From Daphnia carinata (lineage: Eukaryota), in NCBI RefSeq assembly GCF_022539665.2, contig NC_081333.1, positions 12,152,001 to 12,216,000 of the forward strand: DNA of 64,000 bases, given 5' to 3'. The translations under genes were made by a program, and so were the position numbers. Shown here in pieces: positions 40,001 to 53,963 of the stretch (position 1 is its first letter; the number at the start of each line of letters is the position of its first letter). Below the pieces are notes generated by a model. The model saw nothing but the letters and a program-made list of their open reading frames with translations, searched no databases and was not told the origin of the DNA.

Positions 40001-43000
40001 TATTAAACAAAGCAAAAAAAAAAAAAAAAAAAAAAAGAAAAGAAAGAAAGGACCTGATGGCGTTGGGATTTGATAGCCTCGAGGTTCCTCTTGTCTTTTC
40101 CATATTTCTTTCTCTTCATACGGAGGGGGGAATAGTATATGAAGCCCCCTTTTTCCTTCCTCTTAATATTTGGGTTCTGGCGGGGAACCGTCTCCATACT
40201 CGCTTCACTAAACAGCAGTCTTGTCAATTTTCCAAAAAAATATTTGAAACTATGTGCTCACAAAATAACAGATAGCAAATAAATCATTTAACAAAAATAA
40301 TTGCTTTCAATTCGTCATTCATCAGTGTCAATTGAATGTCATTCATTTGCCAAGGCTAGGATGCACATCGTTTTCCGTCAGATGGCAGGCGACTCGACGT
40401 CTGCCGGAGGGCCCCTCTCTTAGTCTCACTTGCACGCGCGAAGGAGAACAGTCGCATTGTTCCTTCGTTCGTGTCCTGTTTTTTGTTTCAGTCCTTTTTC
40501 CCTGTCTATGCCGTGCCAGAGCATAATATTTAGCCCAGACACAACAAAAATGGACATTGTTTTTTGAAAAACGAAATAATTCGTTGTAAAAATTCCATCG
40601 TTACTTCCATTATTAAGGCGAGTATAGCAGTGTTGAGAGAGTACGCCCCCTGTTCCAGACCGCGTGGACTGAGAAGGCCAGTTGAGAATACGGGTGTGTG
40701 TGTATGTGGATGTGTGTTTGTGTGTACGCGTGTGGTTCCAACCAGCCAACAAATTTCCCAGGAGCATATTTGAAATCCTTGGAAGCATTTCTGACCTTTT
40801 TAGCTTCAAGTGAATATCGAACGTTTTGTGCTATTAAGAAGACGTTGTCTATGCAAAACTGTGGATGGCGTTCCAAGGTTCGTCGAACAAGGACGCTTGA
40901 TGCATTTCCTCTTCAAAGTGGCAACGCAGTGAGAAACCAGGTGAATTTTTTTTCCTCTTCTTTGGATAATTGAGAGTCCCCTTTTTTTTTTGTTTTGTGT
41001 GTGTGTGTTGTTCCTTGAGAAGCAGCTGTGTGGCACCCTTCTCGGGGTCTCTCACCCTCTTGCTGGGTTATTTGAAAAATGGCTCCTTATTATATCTCCC
41101 CTCTCTCTCTCTGAAAGTTATTCGAATCAAGCTTCACCGTATTTATCTAGCAATTCGTCCATGTCGGCTACATTTGTTCTCAGTTGGCCTTATAAGGTCG
41201 TGTGAGTAAGAGACGTGACTACTCCACCATTCAAAATGTTCGAGGGAAAGATCTCCAAGGACTCTTCGTTTACAGTTCTTTTTTTAAACATAGAATTCTA
41301 TGGCGGGAACATGTAGGGAACTGGTTTTCTCTTTGGATCGATGACTCTTGGTGACTTGTTGCTGTTTTCCGCTTTGAAAAGAAACAAACTTGTTGGCTTG
41401 TACTCGGAGGTGATCAATAGTTTCTGTATCAGTGATTTTTCCAGCTTTCGTCCTTCTTTCGGTTGGTGAAATTTGCTGCATTAAGCGATTTTTTTTTTTT
41501 TCGTTCCTATTGGTCATCCAATAAATGTAAAAGGTTGGCCGGCTAAAAGTTTTGCGTGAGAGCGATCTCGATAGAATCTTGTTGTCATGGCAACCCCCTG
41601 AATCAAAATAGCATTGATCGTCAGCCAAAGCATGTTTTGAAAAAGTACAGAACGCCAAACACGCTAAAGGAAATTGATAGTACCTTATTAGTCTTGATTT
41701 AAAAAAAAAAAAAATCATTTTCTCTGCTCTTTTTCTTCTCCCCTCTTGTTTTTAAAAAGCGCCGATTTTAAGATTTTTTGTGAAAAAAGTTAATGGTTTA
41801 TTTTTTCTTATTCGTTTAACTCTCGTTTCTTTTTATATTGGCCGGAATCGTGTCCTTTCAGATGGGGGGGGGAGAGAGGTAGTATCCGAAATAGTTTCTT
41901 TAATGACTTCCGGCGACTGATTGAGTCTTCTAGCCGCTTTTCATCTTTTTCGATGTTTTTATTTTTTTTTTCTTCGCCTCCGTTTTGTTGTTTTCAACAA
42001 CAATGGCGTGGCCTCCAGCTGTTGTCTCCGTATGGTGCGACAAAATAACAAAATTTCCGTTTCCTTTAATTATTGTGTTGTTTTTTTTTTCTCTTCTTCT
42101 TTGAATAACATCCCATTACGTAGTGTGTGCTCATATCCAGGTAACAAGGTTTGCCTTAGTACCAAAGGAAAACCTAAAAGATGCAGGAAACGGCAACTCT
42201 TGATCAGCTTCCGCCCTGGTGGAAGTTTGGAATCCTACACCCACGATTCCATTGTGGGAGAAGAGGAGGGGGGGCGAGGTTCGACAGTCGTGCAGCGAGT
42301 TCTAATTTTAGTTCCTTTTAAAGTTTAAAGTGTCGGGCGGGTAGATGAGGGGAGAGAGAGAAAAAGAGCTTCCAGCTGTCGAGTGCGGAATAATTCCGGC
42401 GTGGTAAAGGGAGGTAGGAATAAAAAGAAAAAGAATAGTAACTCGCTTTACCCAAAAATCTGGAAATATTTGCATCAAGTTTAATGGCGCTATATTTGAT
42501 GGACGTGTGTCCACATTAAAAAAAAAGGTTGTTGTGTACAAAGAAAGTTTCTTCGAACCGGCGGAGTACCACAGTCGTTATAAATTAGGGCTAGTTAAAA
42601 AAGGAAGGCACTGTTATCTATTATACTGGATGGGAAACCGGAAGTCCCCCCACTGTACTTTTCAATTTGAGACGTCGTTATCGATAGATAGCGAAGTCAC
42701 TGCCAAACATGGAAGAGACCTTTATTACCATTTAAAAATGGCGTCTTTTCTTTGGGTGGTCCAAAAGCAATGCGTTTTTCGTGCAGAGTTGCTGAACGTC
42801 AGCCTCGATGACGAGGCTGCGATGACGCAATGAAGCCTTCCCTTTTTTGGCAAGATGCTAATGTTTTTTCTCTCTTTCAATCGTGTTTTAACTAATTCAT
42901 GATTTTCTCATGATGCTATTCTGAAACGGAGAGAAAATGGGAACGAAATAAAACCAAACGAATTGTAACTTTAAAAACATTTTCCCATCGCGTAATTTTC

Positions 43001-45499
43001 AAAAAAGGTAATTTTAAATTGAATCATCCGTGTCGAATCTTTTCTCCCACATGTTCGTTTCCTTATTTTTAAAAATATCTTTCGTTTTTGCGTTTCGTTA
43101 GATGAGAGTGAAAGTTACTAAATAAAAAAAAAAAGGGAAGAGAAAAAGGGTGTCTCGGGAGTTGCCATGTTTTACTGATACAAACAAGGGTAGAATACGC
43201 CCTTCTTTAGGGACGATCGAGTTTCCTTCGTTGAGTTGAAATTGGGTTGCATCGTCGTGGAAGGCTGAAATGGGCGAGAAGATTATTGATCTATAAATCT
43301 GCCATGATTATGAAATGCTTCTTCCCTTTTGCGTTGAATCACGCTTGGGGATCTTTGCTCCCTTGATCCAGTCGACTCCCGGGGCTTGTAAATGGGAACT
43401 ATCGAATCACTTGCGTCGATCATACGCAACATAGCAAAGTCTTTGTCATCCTCGTGATCTCATAGGGTTAGGAGATAAATTGAATCACCGTCGAATGCTG
43501 CAGTAGTATTTCATTTTGCTTCAAGTTTGATCGAATTCGAGATTTGTTTACATTCATCGGACGCGGCCGCTACGCAAAACGTTTAAAAGACGTATTGCCG
43601 ATGGCTAAATTCATTGTTGTATTTCGCGGCGCAATTTTCTTTTGGCAGATGCAGACGAAACCGTTAAGTATAAAAACTAATTTACCGTTTGTCTTAATTG
43701 GCTCTCTCTCTCAGGTTTGCACGCGGCTTTCATGGCCAGCCGGCCGCGACGTACGAGTCATTAAGTCCGTTTTTTTTTTTGGAAAAAGCCAACGGGCGAT
43801 TTTTCTTTTTTGCTGTTTTAAATTTCCATCTATAAAAGAACCCGATAGATTTGATAAGAAGGAAAAGTTGTTTGTTTTATATTCTCTACGGGCAAAGAAA
43901 AATGGTGTCTGCGTACGTTTAAAACTTTCTCTTAACAGTCGGCACCTAAAAAGACGATATGTTTTGAAATAGAGCTGGTCAAAGGGTCAGTATAAAAATC
44001 CCCTCCATCAACTAAAGTCATAGTGTTTCCCCAATTTTTTTTTTTTTTTTTTTTTTTACATTTCAAAATAAAAAGAGCCGCCATGAACTCCGTTATGAAC
44101 TGTAAAGTTGACGGAAATCTGACAGGCCACAATATCAAAATCTGCCTCCGCGTTCTCTTGTCGCTTTTCATGGACGCAAAGGAAAACCAGAAACGAACGA
44201 TGCGCGTCGAGAGAAACTTAATCCTTGTGTGGTGTCTCCTTTTTTTCTTATATATATATATCTTAGACGGTAGGGGTACGCTCTGTCCACATCTTTGAGG
44301 CTCATTTTTCCATGTCGAGTGTTTTTCGGGTTGATGCCCTTTTCTGTCTTTCACCAGTTCTCCTGTTTTTCGAGAATTCCCTGTTTTATTTACATAGGGG
44401 GAATATTTTTTTTGTTGTTTTCTACGGTTGTTTTCTAAAGATCGCTTTTAAGCCGGGACGCATCACTCTTGTTGTCTCGCTGAAAATCGCTTTCCAGCAT
44501 TTGTTGTTTCTCCTTGGTCGTTTCAACACATTTTTTTTTTTTCGTGTGTGTGTGCGAACGATGATGAGATTCTTGTTGTCCATATCGAAAACAAGATGCT
44601 AGACACTTAGAAAATTTACAGCAAGGCATTTGTCCGTTTGGTGTTCATCAATTCGTGACTGGGAACAAAGACGAGCAAGGACGCCAATACGGAAGTGAAT
44701 GTTTTTTTTTTTTTTTTAATTATTGATTTTCGAATAATGTACACTCCGTTTGGTTTTTAAAAGTAAATAAAAGGTCAACAACACTGGCTAGTTGTGAAGT
44801 GGAATTCATCATTAGTCCACTCGCTCAAGGTACGTGTATCGATCGATGGATTTGGAAGTTTGGGTGGATAGACGAGAACGTATTTTCTCAGAATGACAAA
44901 CAAACAAAAAAAGATTTCAAATGATCTTGTTTTGTTTTTGTCATCATCGAGTCGACGAACTGGGTGGTATCAAAATGGGTTCGCAGAAGTGAGAAAATTG
45001 GAAATTCTTCTTATCCGATGTCGCCTCCCTTTTTTTGTGTGTGTGTATGTGTGTTCCGTATCATATTTTTGAATGAGCTTCTAAATGACGTTGGCCTTGT
45101 TTTCTTGTTGACAATTCAGTTGCCATGGTTGATTTTAATTGGTTGTCTAGAAGGTTTGGAATTGTGCCCGGCAACGGTAACCTTAAAAAAAAAAAGAATG
45201 ATAGCAGGGCGATATAAATAGGTGTTTATTTATTTATTCGTTTCACAGCGCTAATGTCGGATATTAGTCGTGATTGTTCGCGTTTTTTTTTTTTTATTTT
45301 ATTTAGAAAATAACGAATGTCAATCTGCGTGTCGGAGGAAGCTTGAGTAAATCAAGAAAATGCACAAAAGAGCAGAGTAGATTGAATCAATCGATTGGTA
45401 GTTCCGTTTCCCTTTTTTTCATCGCGTCTTTTCTTCGACTTCGATCGCGACTTTAGAACCGAAGTAGACGGAAAATTGCGTTGGCGGAATTGAAGAGCT

Positions 45500-45702
45500 T
45501 CAGTCTCGGGCCCAACTCCCAGACCATCGGCTTGGGTCTTCAATATTCCGGGTTGGGAGGGATGTGTACAAGACGGCCACGTTACACGGGCTAAGGTAGA
45601 AAGTGCGCGTGTCTTGCCATGTATCATTGCCAGGGTGTGCCGCGCGCGCTCGAAGAATCAATCGTCCGGATTGCGCCGGCGACGAGGCAAACGTTAAGAC
45701 CG
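45500..45702 (+). promoter_or_regulatory. Possible initiator and non-coding 5' exon of the PLEKHH-like gene
   Basis: An arthropod Inr-like TCAGTC at 45500 precedes a GC-richer stretch and a strong donor CCG|gtatgt at 45702/45703. A matching acceptor ccccttacag| at 47177 lies upstream of the ATG at 47263. Confidence 0.3.
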
Positions 45703-47262
45703 GTATGTTGGCACTCGGCCATAACGATCCATTTTCGTGTGTTTAATGTGCGGTTATTATTCTCCTTGGGGACTTTGAACTTTTCTTCTTCTTCTTTTTC
45801 CCTCGCTTACCGTCATCTTTTATGGCTTTGTGTTTGACTTGGAAGTAGCGTCGTCTGCTCGTGACAGGTCGATCGTGTACATGACGGCACGGTGCCAGAC
45901 ATCGTCATCGCCCCCCTTTTTTTTTCATTTTTTGTTCGGGACTGGCGTTAAACACGTCTGTCTAATAGTCCGTAGGAGCTGAGGTTCTCGTCCATGGTAA
46001 TTTGTTTTGTTTTATTTTAACCACGTTGGTTGGTTTCTGTTTTTTTTTGTTTTTTTTTTAATAAATTAAATTTTTTTTTTGGGAGAGGATCGATGAATTA
46101 TTTATCAAACGACCTTCGCCGAGACGTGATCCGTCACGTTTGCGGACATGCACGGACCTCTGTTCAAAAGAAAACTTGTGTGGGATTGGTTTGAGTGCGC
46201 ATTTGTAAAACGACGGGGTATTGTTCTTACGTAACGAGATGGCCATTCAAGTGACCTATTTTTAGCTTTGGATGCTGTCACCATGGCAACCTTTAATATT
46301 TGAAGGAAAATCGGGCCTTCCCTTTTGTTGCCGTGCCGATTAGTAGTAGAGATTTTCTTTCTTTCCTTTTTTTTTTGGTTGATATAACAATGCTTGAGTC
46401 AGCAAATCAACGCCATCTCTTAGAATTTAATGAGATAGACAGCAAAGTTTTGTACAGCACCTGTCGCCCGTTTTACTGCGCAATCAGGGAGTTCGTTCCT
46501 AAAGCAAGTTTTCGTGTGTGTTCTTTCTTTTTTATTCGCGTCTGTTGGAACACTTGAGTGTCCCACATTTTTCCAGAGCAATTTCGGTCGATAAAGTCTA
46601 TTGTCCATCTGTCTGGCCGTAACACGAAGGCGTAAGTTTGGCATTGTATCGGCGTTCTATTTATATATGTTATCTACCTATTCATTTAATATCTCATATT
46701 CGTGTGTGTGCGAGGAATTGGATGTTTACTTTCGTTGATAGATAGTTACTACTATTGATTCAATTTTTTCTGATACTTCGGATGATGTGTGTGTGTGTGT
46801 GTGTATACGTACGTGCGCTATGCACAGCGGGATAGAAAGAGAGGGAGAGAGAAAGAACCGGACCAACAGGGTATGTGATGGAGCGGAAAGACCTTAGACT
46901 CGGAAGGGCGGACAGAAGCTCCATTGGATCGTGTCGATTCTTTTTTTCTCTCTTCGTATTCACCGTGGGCGGCCTGCCCGTCGGCCTTCCATCAAATGCA
47001 TGTCACGCCATCTGCCTGACAGTGCATTTCTTTTCGTGTTTTTGTACGCTATCTTTTCAGAAGACTTTCTACTCCGCGTACTGTGTCTATTCTCTCTTTG
47101 ACGTCGATCCGTGCATCACTTTCACTAACCATCTTTGCCTATTCTTATGTTTGGTGTTTGTTATTTCCCCCTTACAGGATGTGCCATTGAATCTGTCCGG
47201 CCAGTGAATCGTTTTGTGTGAACATCAGACGTTTTCAAAGGACCTTTGAAATTGCAAAGAAA

Positions 47263-50200
47263 ATGAGCGAGCGAAATCCCTTCCGGCCGACTTCTTCCGG
47301 AAGCAACGGCGCCTTGGTGACGGATGCTCGACTATCTCAACTCTTTGATCCCATTGCCCGCCTTGTAGATGTTTATCCACCCAACGATCGTCGCAACGCA
47401 GGATATCACAATCAGCGTGATTCTTCGGAATATGCTCATCTAACAGCATACCCGGCCATCATTGAACCAGTTGGATACGATGAAGGCACGGCGAGGTAAA
47501 TGTTTATTTACATTTTTTTTTTTCCTGTGTGCGGTTCGACGTGTTCATTTCTTTAAAAGTGCACCTCCAAAATGTAAAAGGTAAAAATTTTGGCTCTGTC
47601 GCGGTTGTTTGTTCAAGTTAGTTTGGAACAATATCGATGCAAATTGGACGCCCTCCTTCTTAGATACACGAACCATCTGTCGTTTCGAGACTTATTGGGT
47701 TTGCTTTTGAATAAAATAGTTTTGAAGAGGGGAGGGAGAAAGAAAGTTAATTTCCCAAGGCAAGTGATTTGCTTCGGATACGTTACGCCGGTTAATGATG
47801 ATGACGGCAGACCCTACATCAAAAAAAAAAAAAAAAAAAAAAAAAAGAAAGATGGATGGGCCGTCCACTTATCTGGATGAGACAGCAGTAGAGCCGACTG
47901 CATAGAGTTCTGTTCCTCTAGTTGGATAAAAGTTAGGGGTAGGAAGAAGAAATGTCAGACTGGATCATCGTCAGGATGACAAGTGGTTTTGCTTGATGAT
48001 GTCCCTAGCTACGCGTCGTTTGTCATAAGGCTTTTCTTCCGCATCTTCATCCGCCGGCGTACACGCGCACAAAGTCTGGGAATGAGTTCCGTGTCAGGAG
48101 AGGGTATCCAACCATTAGTTAACCTCGTGACATGTCGCTTTTTATTTCCAGGTTGTCCTACATGTCATCCAATTCGCCGAGTATCAAAAGACGTTCGCTG
48201 GATCGGCCATCCTCCAGCCAGAGCCATGGCAACAGCTTCTTGCGGCCATCTTCCGTCCAGTATCATTATCGACGTCAGAGGCTATCGGATAACAACTTTC
48301 AGCGGACCTCGATCACGTCGCAAACCTCGTCGTTGCACACGGCGCTGTCCGAATTGGCCGGCGACGTCGAAGTCGTTGACATGGAAGATGGAGCGCTGAC
48401 CAACGATCGCTATTCGCATAACTATCAAGGTGAATATATTATTATTATTCTCCTTTTCATCACACACACGAAAGAAAAAAAAATTAGACTGGCAATAGAA
48501 TTTTTATTGTTTCGTGTTCGAATAGCGAACTTGTCGTTTGCAATCCAATCTCCTAGCGCTAGTAACCCGATGACAAGTTGTGTAGGTTGATTTATAGCGG
48601 TCATTGGGTCTGTGTCCTAGTTGATCATAAAGCCGGACGATCATGATGGATCTGAACAATTGGTGCGCACTGTCACGCTCGGTTGTGCCATCATTTATAG
48701 TTATGAATTGTTGACGAATTCCCGAGTTATGCGTTACCGGTTATTGCAGCGCGGGCGTTGATCAATTGACTTTTTTGTCTGTTCTCCCCCCTAGATGGCG
48801 AAGTTGACAGCGAAGCGACGATGGCGGCCAGCAGCAGCGGCGAAGGCTTCTGGTTCTCGGATTCGCGCAACTATCACCACCACGGCGAACAGGATCACGC
48901 CAGCATGATGATGGGCGTCATGGACGATGAGGAACACTACGCCGACGACGACGGATACATCCCGTACGTCTACAGCATGGAGGGCGGCGATCCGGGAGTC
49001 AATTGGGAGGAACGCTGTCTGGAACTGGAAATGTCTCTTCAGCGGTTCAGGGATCAGGCCGGCAAGATCCGCGGATTGCTCCGCGAAAAGGTAAGCGCAA
49101 AAAAAAATTTCACATTTTCTTATAACGTGGTGCCATCTAGCGATGTGGAATCGTACTGCGAAACGTTTGTTTTTTTCTCCAAAAAAACTGATTTCTGGCT
49201 GTGCAGACGACGCAAAACGATCAAACAAAAAAATGCTAACTGCGAATCGAAACAAAAGCAGGTTGAAAAGCGGAAAAACTTTTGAGCTATCGTTGCAAAA
49301 GTTTCCATGGCGTTGCACTAGTTTTGACTTTGCGTAAACATGATGGAAAGCTGGCCGTATGGGCCAAAAGTTATTCTTCGCGCGGGCGAGGTTTATAGGG
49401 GACGGGTGGGGAGTGCAACGCTCGTAACTTTGACGATTCGTGAAGAGGAGAGAAAGGGACGGAATAGAACTGTCTCGCTGCGTGTGTATGGATCTTTATG
49501 TTTGCAGAAACGGCCTCGGTACTTATGGTGGTGCCTGACACTTGCAGCAGCCCGCCGGAGTTTTCTTTCTTTTCTTTTTTTTTTTTTTTTTCTTCCCCAA
49601 CACCATTTTCATATAACCCGCGAGTAAAAGGAAAATAATATGAAAATGGTGTGCCATATCTGCCAGTTGCAGAAGACAACAAATTGTGGGCGCTGGTTTT
49701 TTTTTTTTTTTTTTTTTTTTTTATTCCCATTCCACATCTCCCACACATACCGCCCGTCGTTATCGTACTTCTGGGAGCGACGTGAATATTTGAATAAAAA
49801 AAAAATACTCAGCCGGGGTTATATGCGATATCTAGTCTGAGAGAAATGTGATTTGTTGCGGTGAACACGTGTAAGGCGGAGGACTGCGCTGAGTGCGACA
49901 GATCAATCCAGTGTGGTGTTGTTGGTATTTGATTGCGCCAGCCACACGGGCAAGGAGGAAGGGAGAGAGAGAAAGAAAGAAAGAAAGAAAGAGAGAAAAA
50001 AAAAAGTGAGCAACCCTCTTGAAATCCAACGTGTAACATCTGAACCCACTATTGTGTACCGGATGACATTGACCGATGATATTTGATCTAGCAAAGCATT
50101 TTGGCTTCCCTCCCCCTCTTTTTTTTTTCTTCTCTGTCGTCCAGAATTAGACCAGGTGCATTCGTGTCCAGTTGACACGGGTTTTTTCATCCATCGATCC

Positions 50201-53200
50201 CCGAATTCCTTTCGTAAACGAAAAAAAAAAAAAAAAAAAAATGAAAAATTTTGTTTTGTTAGTTAAATCTCATCTGGCGTTGGAGTATCCTTTTAAAATA
50301 GCTGGGTAGGAAAGAGGGGGGGGGAATCGGTGGAGCGTGATTCCTTTAGTGGAAGAATAGAGAACGAGCATGATAGGTCATAAAAATTTGATTGTCCCGG
50401 CTACCCGGAATACCAAATAAATTTGACCGGACGTCCAATCCTGTCGCTTTCTGATTTTTTTTTTTTTTTCCCTCTCTCTTTCCTCCTTTTCATCGTGATC
50501 CGTTCCCCACTTGACAGAACTACTCCGCATTTTGTGTAGGGAATCAAGAGGGGGGGGGAGCATCTGATTGGTACGTCAGCAAACCGAAATGAATATGGCG
50601 GAGCGATTTCCATGGCCCTTTAATCCACTTTTACGACTCTTGGTTCCTCATCGCTATTTGCAAGCTTTGTTTTGTTTGTTTTTTTTTTAGAAAATATTTG
50701 AAGAAAAAAAAAAGATGTACTTGAGTGACCTGTTCTTTTGGTATGTAAGAGGATGATAGCGTTGTCAGTTCGGTGAAAGGGTGGCGCCCAATTAAGCAGA
50801 CGGATGAAGTTGTATTGTAGCACTTGGCTCTCCCGTGTTGTTGAATGCGTAGAAGAAAATGGAACGCACACACAGACACAAGCGAGAGAGAGAGAGAGAG
50901 AGAGACCATGGAGACAGAAGCGAATCAATAAACATAGCCAAGGACTGAGCGTCTAGTGTGAAGAGGCTCTTTTCATCGATCTCCGTCTACATCCGTCATC
51001 TTCTCTTGAAGGAACAAAATGTCATTCGACATTCGTCCAGCACGGGGCAAAAAGCGAAAAGAAAAAAAAAAAAGGAAACAGTTTTCTTTCTTTCTTTCTT
51101 TCTTTTTTAAAGAAAATTTTTGTGTCGGGGGGGGGGGATGAGATGTTTAGTGAATCTAAAACTGTTCGTGGCATTCCAAAAACTCCTCCTGGAGTAGGGC
51201 GAAAGCATGGAATGTCCGATCCGCTCGTTTGTGAACGTTTGAGGTTCGAGATGAATTGTTCTCATTTCTTTCCGCTCGCTCCCCCCCCCCCCTTTTTTTT
51301 TCAGTTCTACTTGTATTTAATCAGCAGCTCTCCGAGCGTTTTCCATTCTCTTCGGGACATCTTATAAAGGAAAATGGTCCTAGATTTTTCTTTTTTTTTT
51401 TTTTTTCTTGTATTTTCGAGGTCGATTTATGAGCCAGCCATTGTTGTCATGGTGCGCGCAATCCGCCCCATTATAGCTTTTCATGGGGGAATGGCAATTT
51501 CTTGGTGCAATCCTCTTCTGGATCTACCAGAAAAAGATGGAGGATCGGGCAAAGAGGAGAAGAAAAAAAAAAAAATTGGATAGTGTGCACGGAAGGTTTT
51601 TATTTTTTTTTTTATTTTGAAACTTTAGCTTTGGGATCTCGAGGGATGGGTGAACAGTAGCCGGAAGGATCCAACGGTTCGTCGCCCACCCCCAATTGAG
51701 CGCGTGCGTCCTATGATCCTCCCACCCAAAAGTCAAACACCCGAGACTGCCACTCACGCACTCGGCGTTTTGGAGGTAGTAAACAAGAAACTTAGGATCG
51801 AATCCGGCCATTTCAGTTTGCCGTTTGTTGTTTCGTACTTTCTTTTTTTTTTTTTCTTGAATGTTTTTTTCTTTTCCACTTTTTTTTTCTCGTTGTCGGG
51901 GAGTAGGCAGGATCAAAAAGGATTTTTAACTTGCTTAACAATGCTCCGAGGGAATAACAAAAAAAAAAAAAAAAAATCGCTGTAAGGTTATGTTACCTTA
52001 CAGCCCTTTTTATTCGTGACATTCAAAAGAGCGGGGGTGAAAACTGGCTGGCAACCAGATGCGTCCTGGCAATGTTGCATGATGAATATTTGAAGCGCCG
52101 GAGAGAAAGGAGTATTGACGTATTTTCCATCCATTCTTAATTGAATTGTTAATGGCACTCAGCCCGATTTCCCTCTCTACAAAGCCCATAGAAAATGATT
52201 TAGATTGTCATCTTTTTTTTTTTTTTTTATATGCAATTGTGCGGGGTAAAAGGGGGAGGGGGAGTTGGCCGTTCTTCTTACTTCCGCTCCAATCAAAAGA
52301 AAAATCGCGTCAAAATGATACAACACGCTCCCCATTTTCTAATTGAAACTCTGGGCGTGTCATCGTTTTCATTCCGAAATCTCGTTCCTCGTTCTCCCTC
52401 TTTATATTTTTTGAACCGCGCGATGCAATTGTGCTCATCTTACATCCGCGCCGCCACTCAATCCGCGCAGAGCCAATTTCCCTCATTCCCGAAAATTTAG
52501 TGCGTGTATGTTTTAGGGGCGGGTGGAGAGACATCCTCGGCGTCCACCCACATTGCAAACCAACCGAGTGGATGAGGCACAGACGCAGATAAGAACAGAG
52601 GGACACACAGCACGTCTGGGTGTGTGTGTCTGTGCAATTAACCGAAATGGTGGCTGCGCAAGGGGATTCCGTCCATGCGAATGACTCTTACCCGGAATGA
52701 AGTTCCCCTTCCCTGTTGTTTGTGTGTTCATTATTCTCCTCGTCTCTCCCCCCCCCCCCCTCCCTTTTTTTTTTCTTTTTATAAACATCACTGTGCCTCT
52801 TTCTAGTGCTCTTTCATACTCTTTGCAGACGTGTTGTTATCATAATTTATTTTATTTTTTTTTTTTTTTGCGATGGAAGAAAAAGTTCTAGGCAATTTTT
52901 TTAAAAAAGAAAATCTGCAGGATTTACGTCTCGATCGATAGTTGCAAGTTTGCCAGCCTCCCATTCGCGATAATGAATTGATGAGCAGAAATTTGCATCC
53001 ATAAAGTTGATTAGTTCTTTTGAAGAGCTTGGCGAATTACAATTTTTGATTAGATATCTGCGAAATGAAAAGTGCACTTTTCATTAAACGCCTGCCAGTT
53101 TTTTTTTGTTGGAGAAATTATACGCAAATCGATAGGCGAATAAACGAGGAAGAAAAGCAGCAAAACGCTTCAACACTCCAATAAGTAGTTTGCCCTTAGC

Positions 53201-53932
53201 AACTGCGTCTTTCTCTTTGTTTGACTCCGCCAGCCGTTCATAAAAGCTTCTTTTGTCTTATTCGTTTTTTTTTTTTTTTTTTTTTTTTGCGAGTGAGTTG
53301 CGCAATGTTCGTTGCATATTCTGTTCGATTTCTTCTTTTCTTTTTTTTGCCTCCACCTTTATATATACGTAGTCATGGAATTTAAGCTGGTTGCAGCTAC
53401 CAGCCGACTGTGCCTTCCGCTAAAGAAAAAGAAAAGAGCTTTATAAGTTTAAGGGAGGGAGTACAAAAGAAGCTAAGAATAACAAAGAGTCGCGAGCTAT
53501 TTCCCTAACGTTCCCTTATTTATTTAGAAAAGGTCAAAGTTGTTTCCTAAACTTGTTGTGTGCCGAGAGAATGTCACGTTGTGTCACTTGAACAGTCGCT
53601 TTCCTATTGTATTGCCAAACACTAATAAGGATTATGTTTGAAGAGCGAAAAATTCGATCTATAGTTTGATTGCGTTATCAACTTAAAAAAAAGATGAAGG
53701 GAGAGAGAAAATGGGGGGGGGGGAACTAGGGCGGCCTTATCTTCTACGCCCGATCGATAAACTGACGGAGGGAGGGTGTGACGAATAAATATGTGAAATA
53801 AAAAAACAACAACAAAAAGTTGATGGACCATGTTCCATCATGATGAGTTTCCCATTTATTTTTGAACGAGACGATAGCGATCATTCGGAGGGTGTGTGAG
53901 TCACCTTTAGTCAGCAAGTCCATCCTCATCTT

Positions 53933-53963
<31 letters not shown>

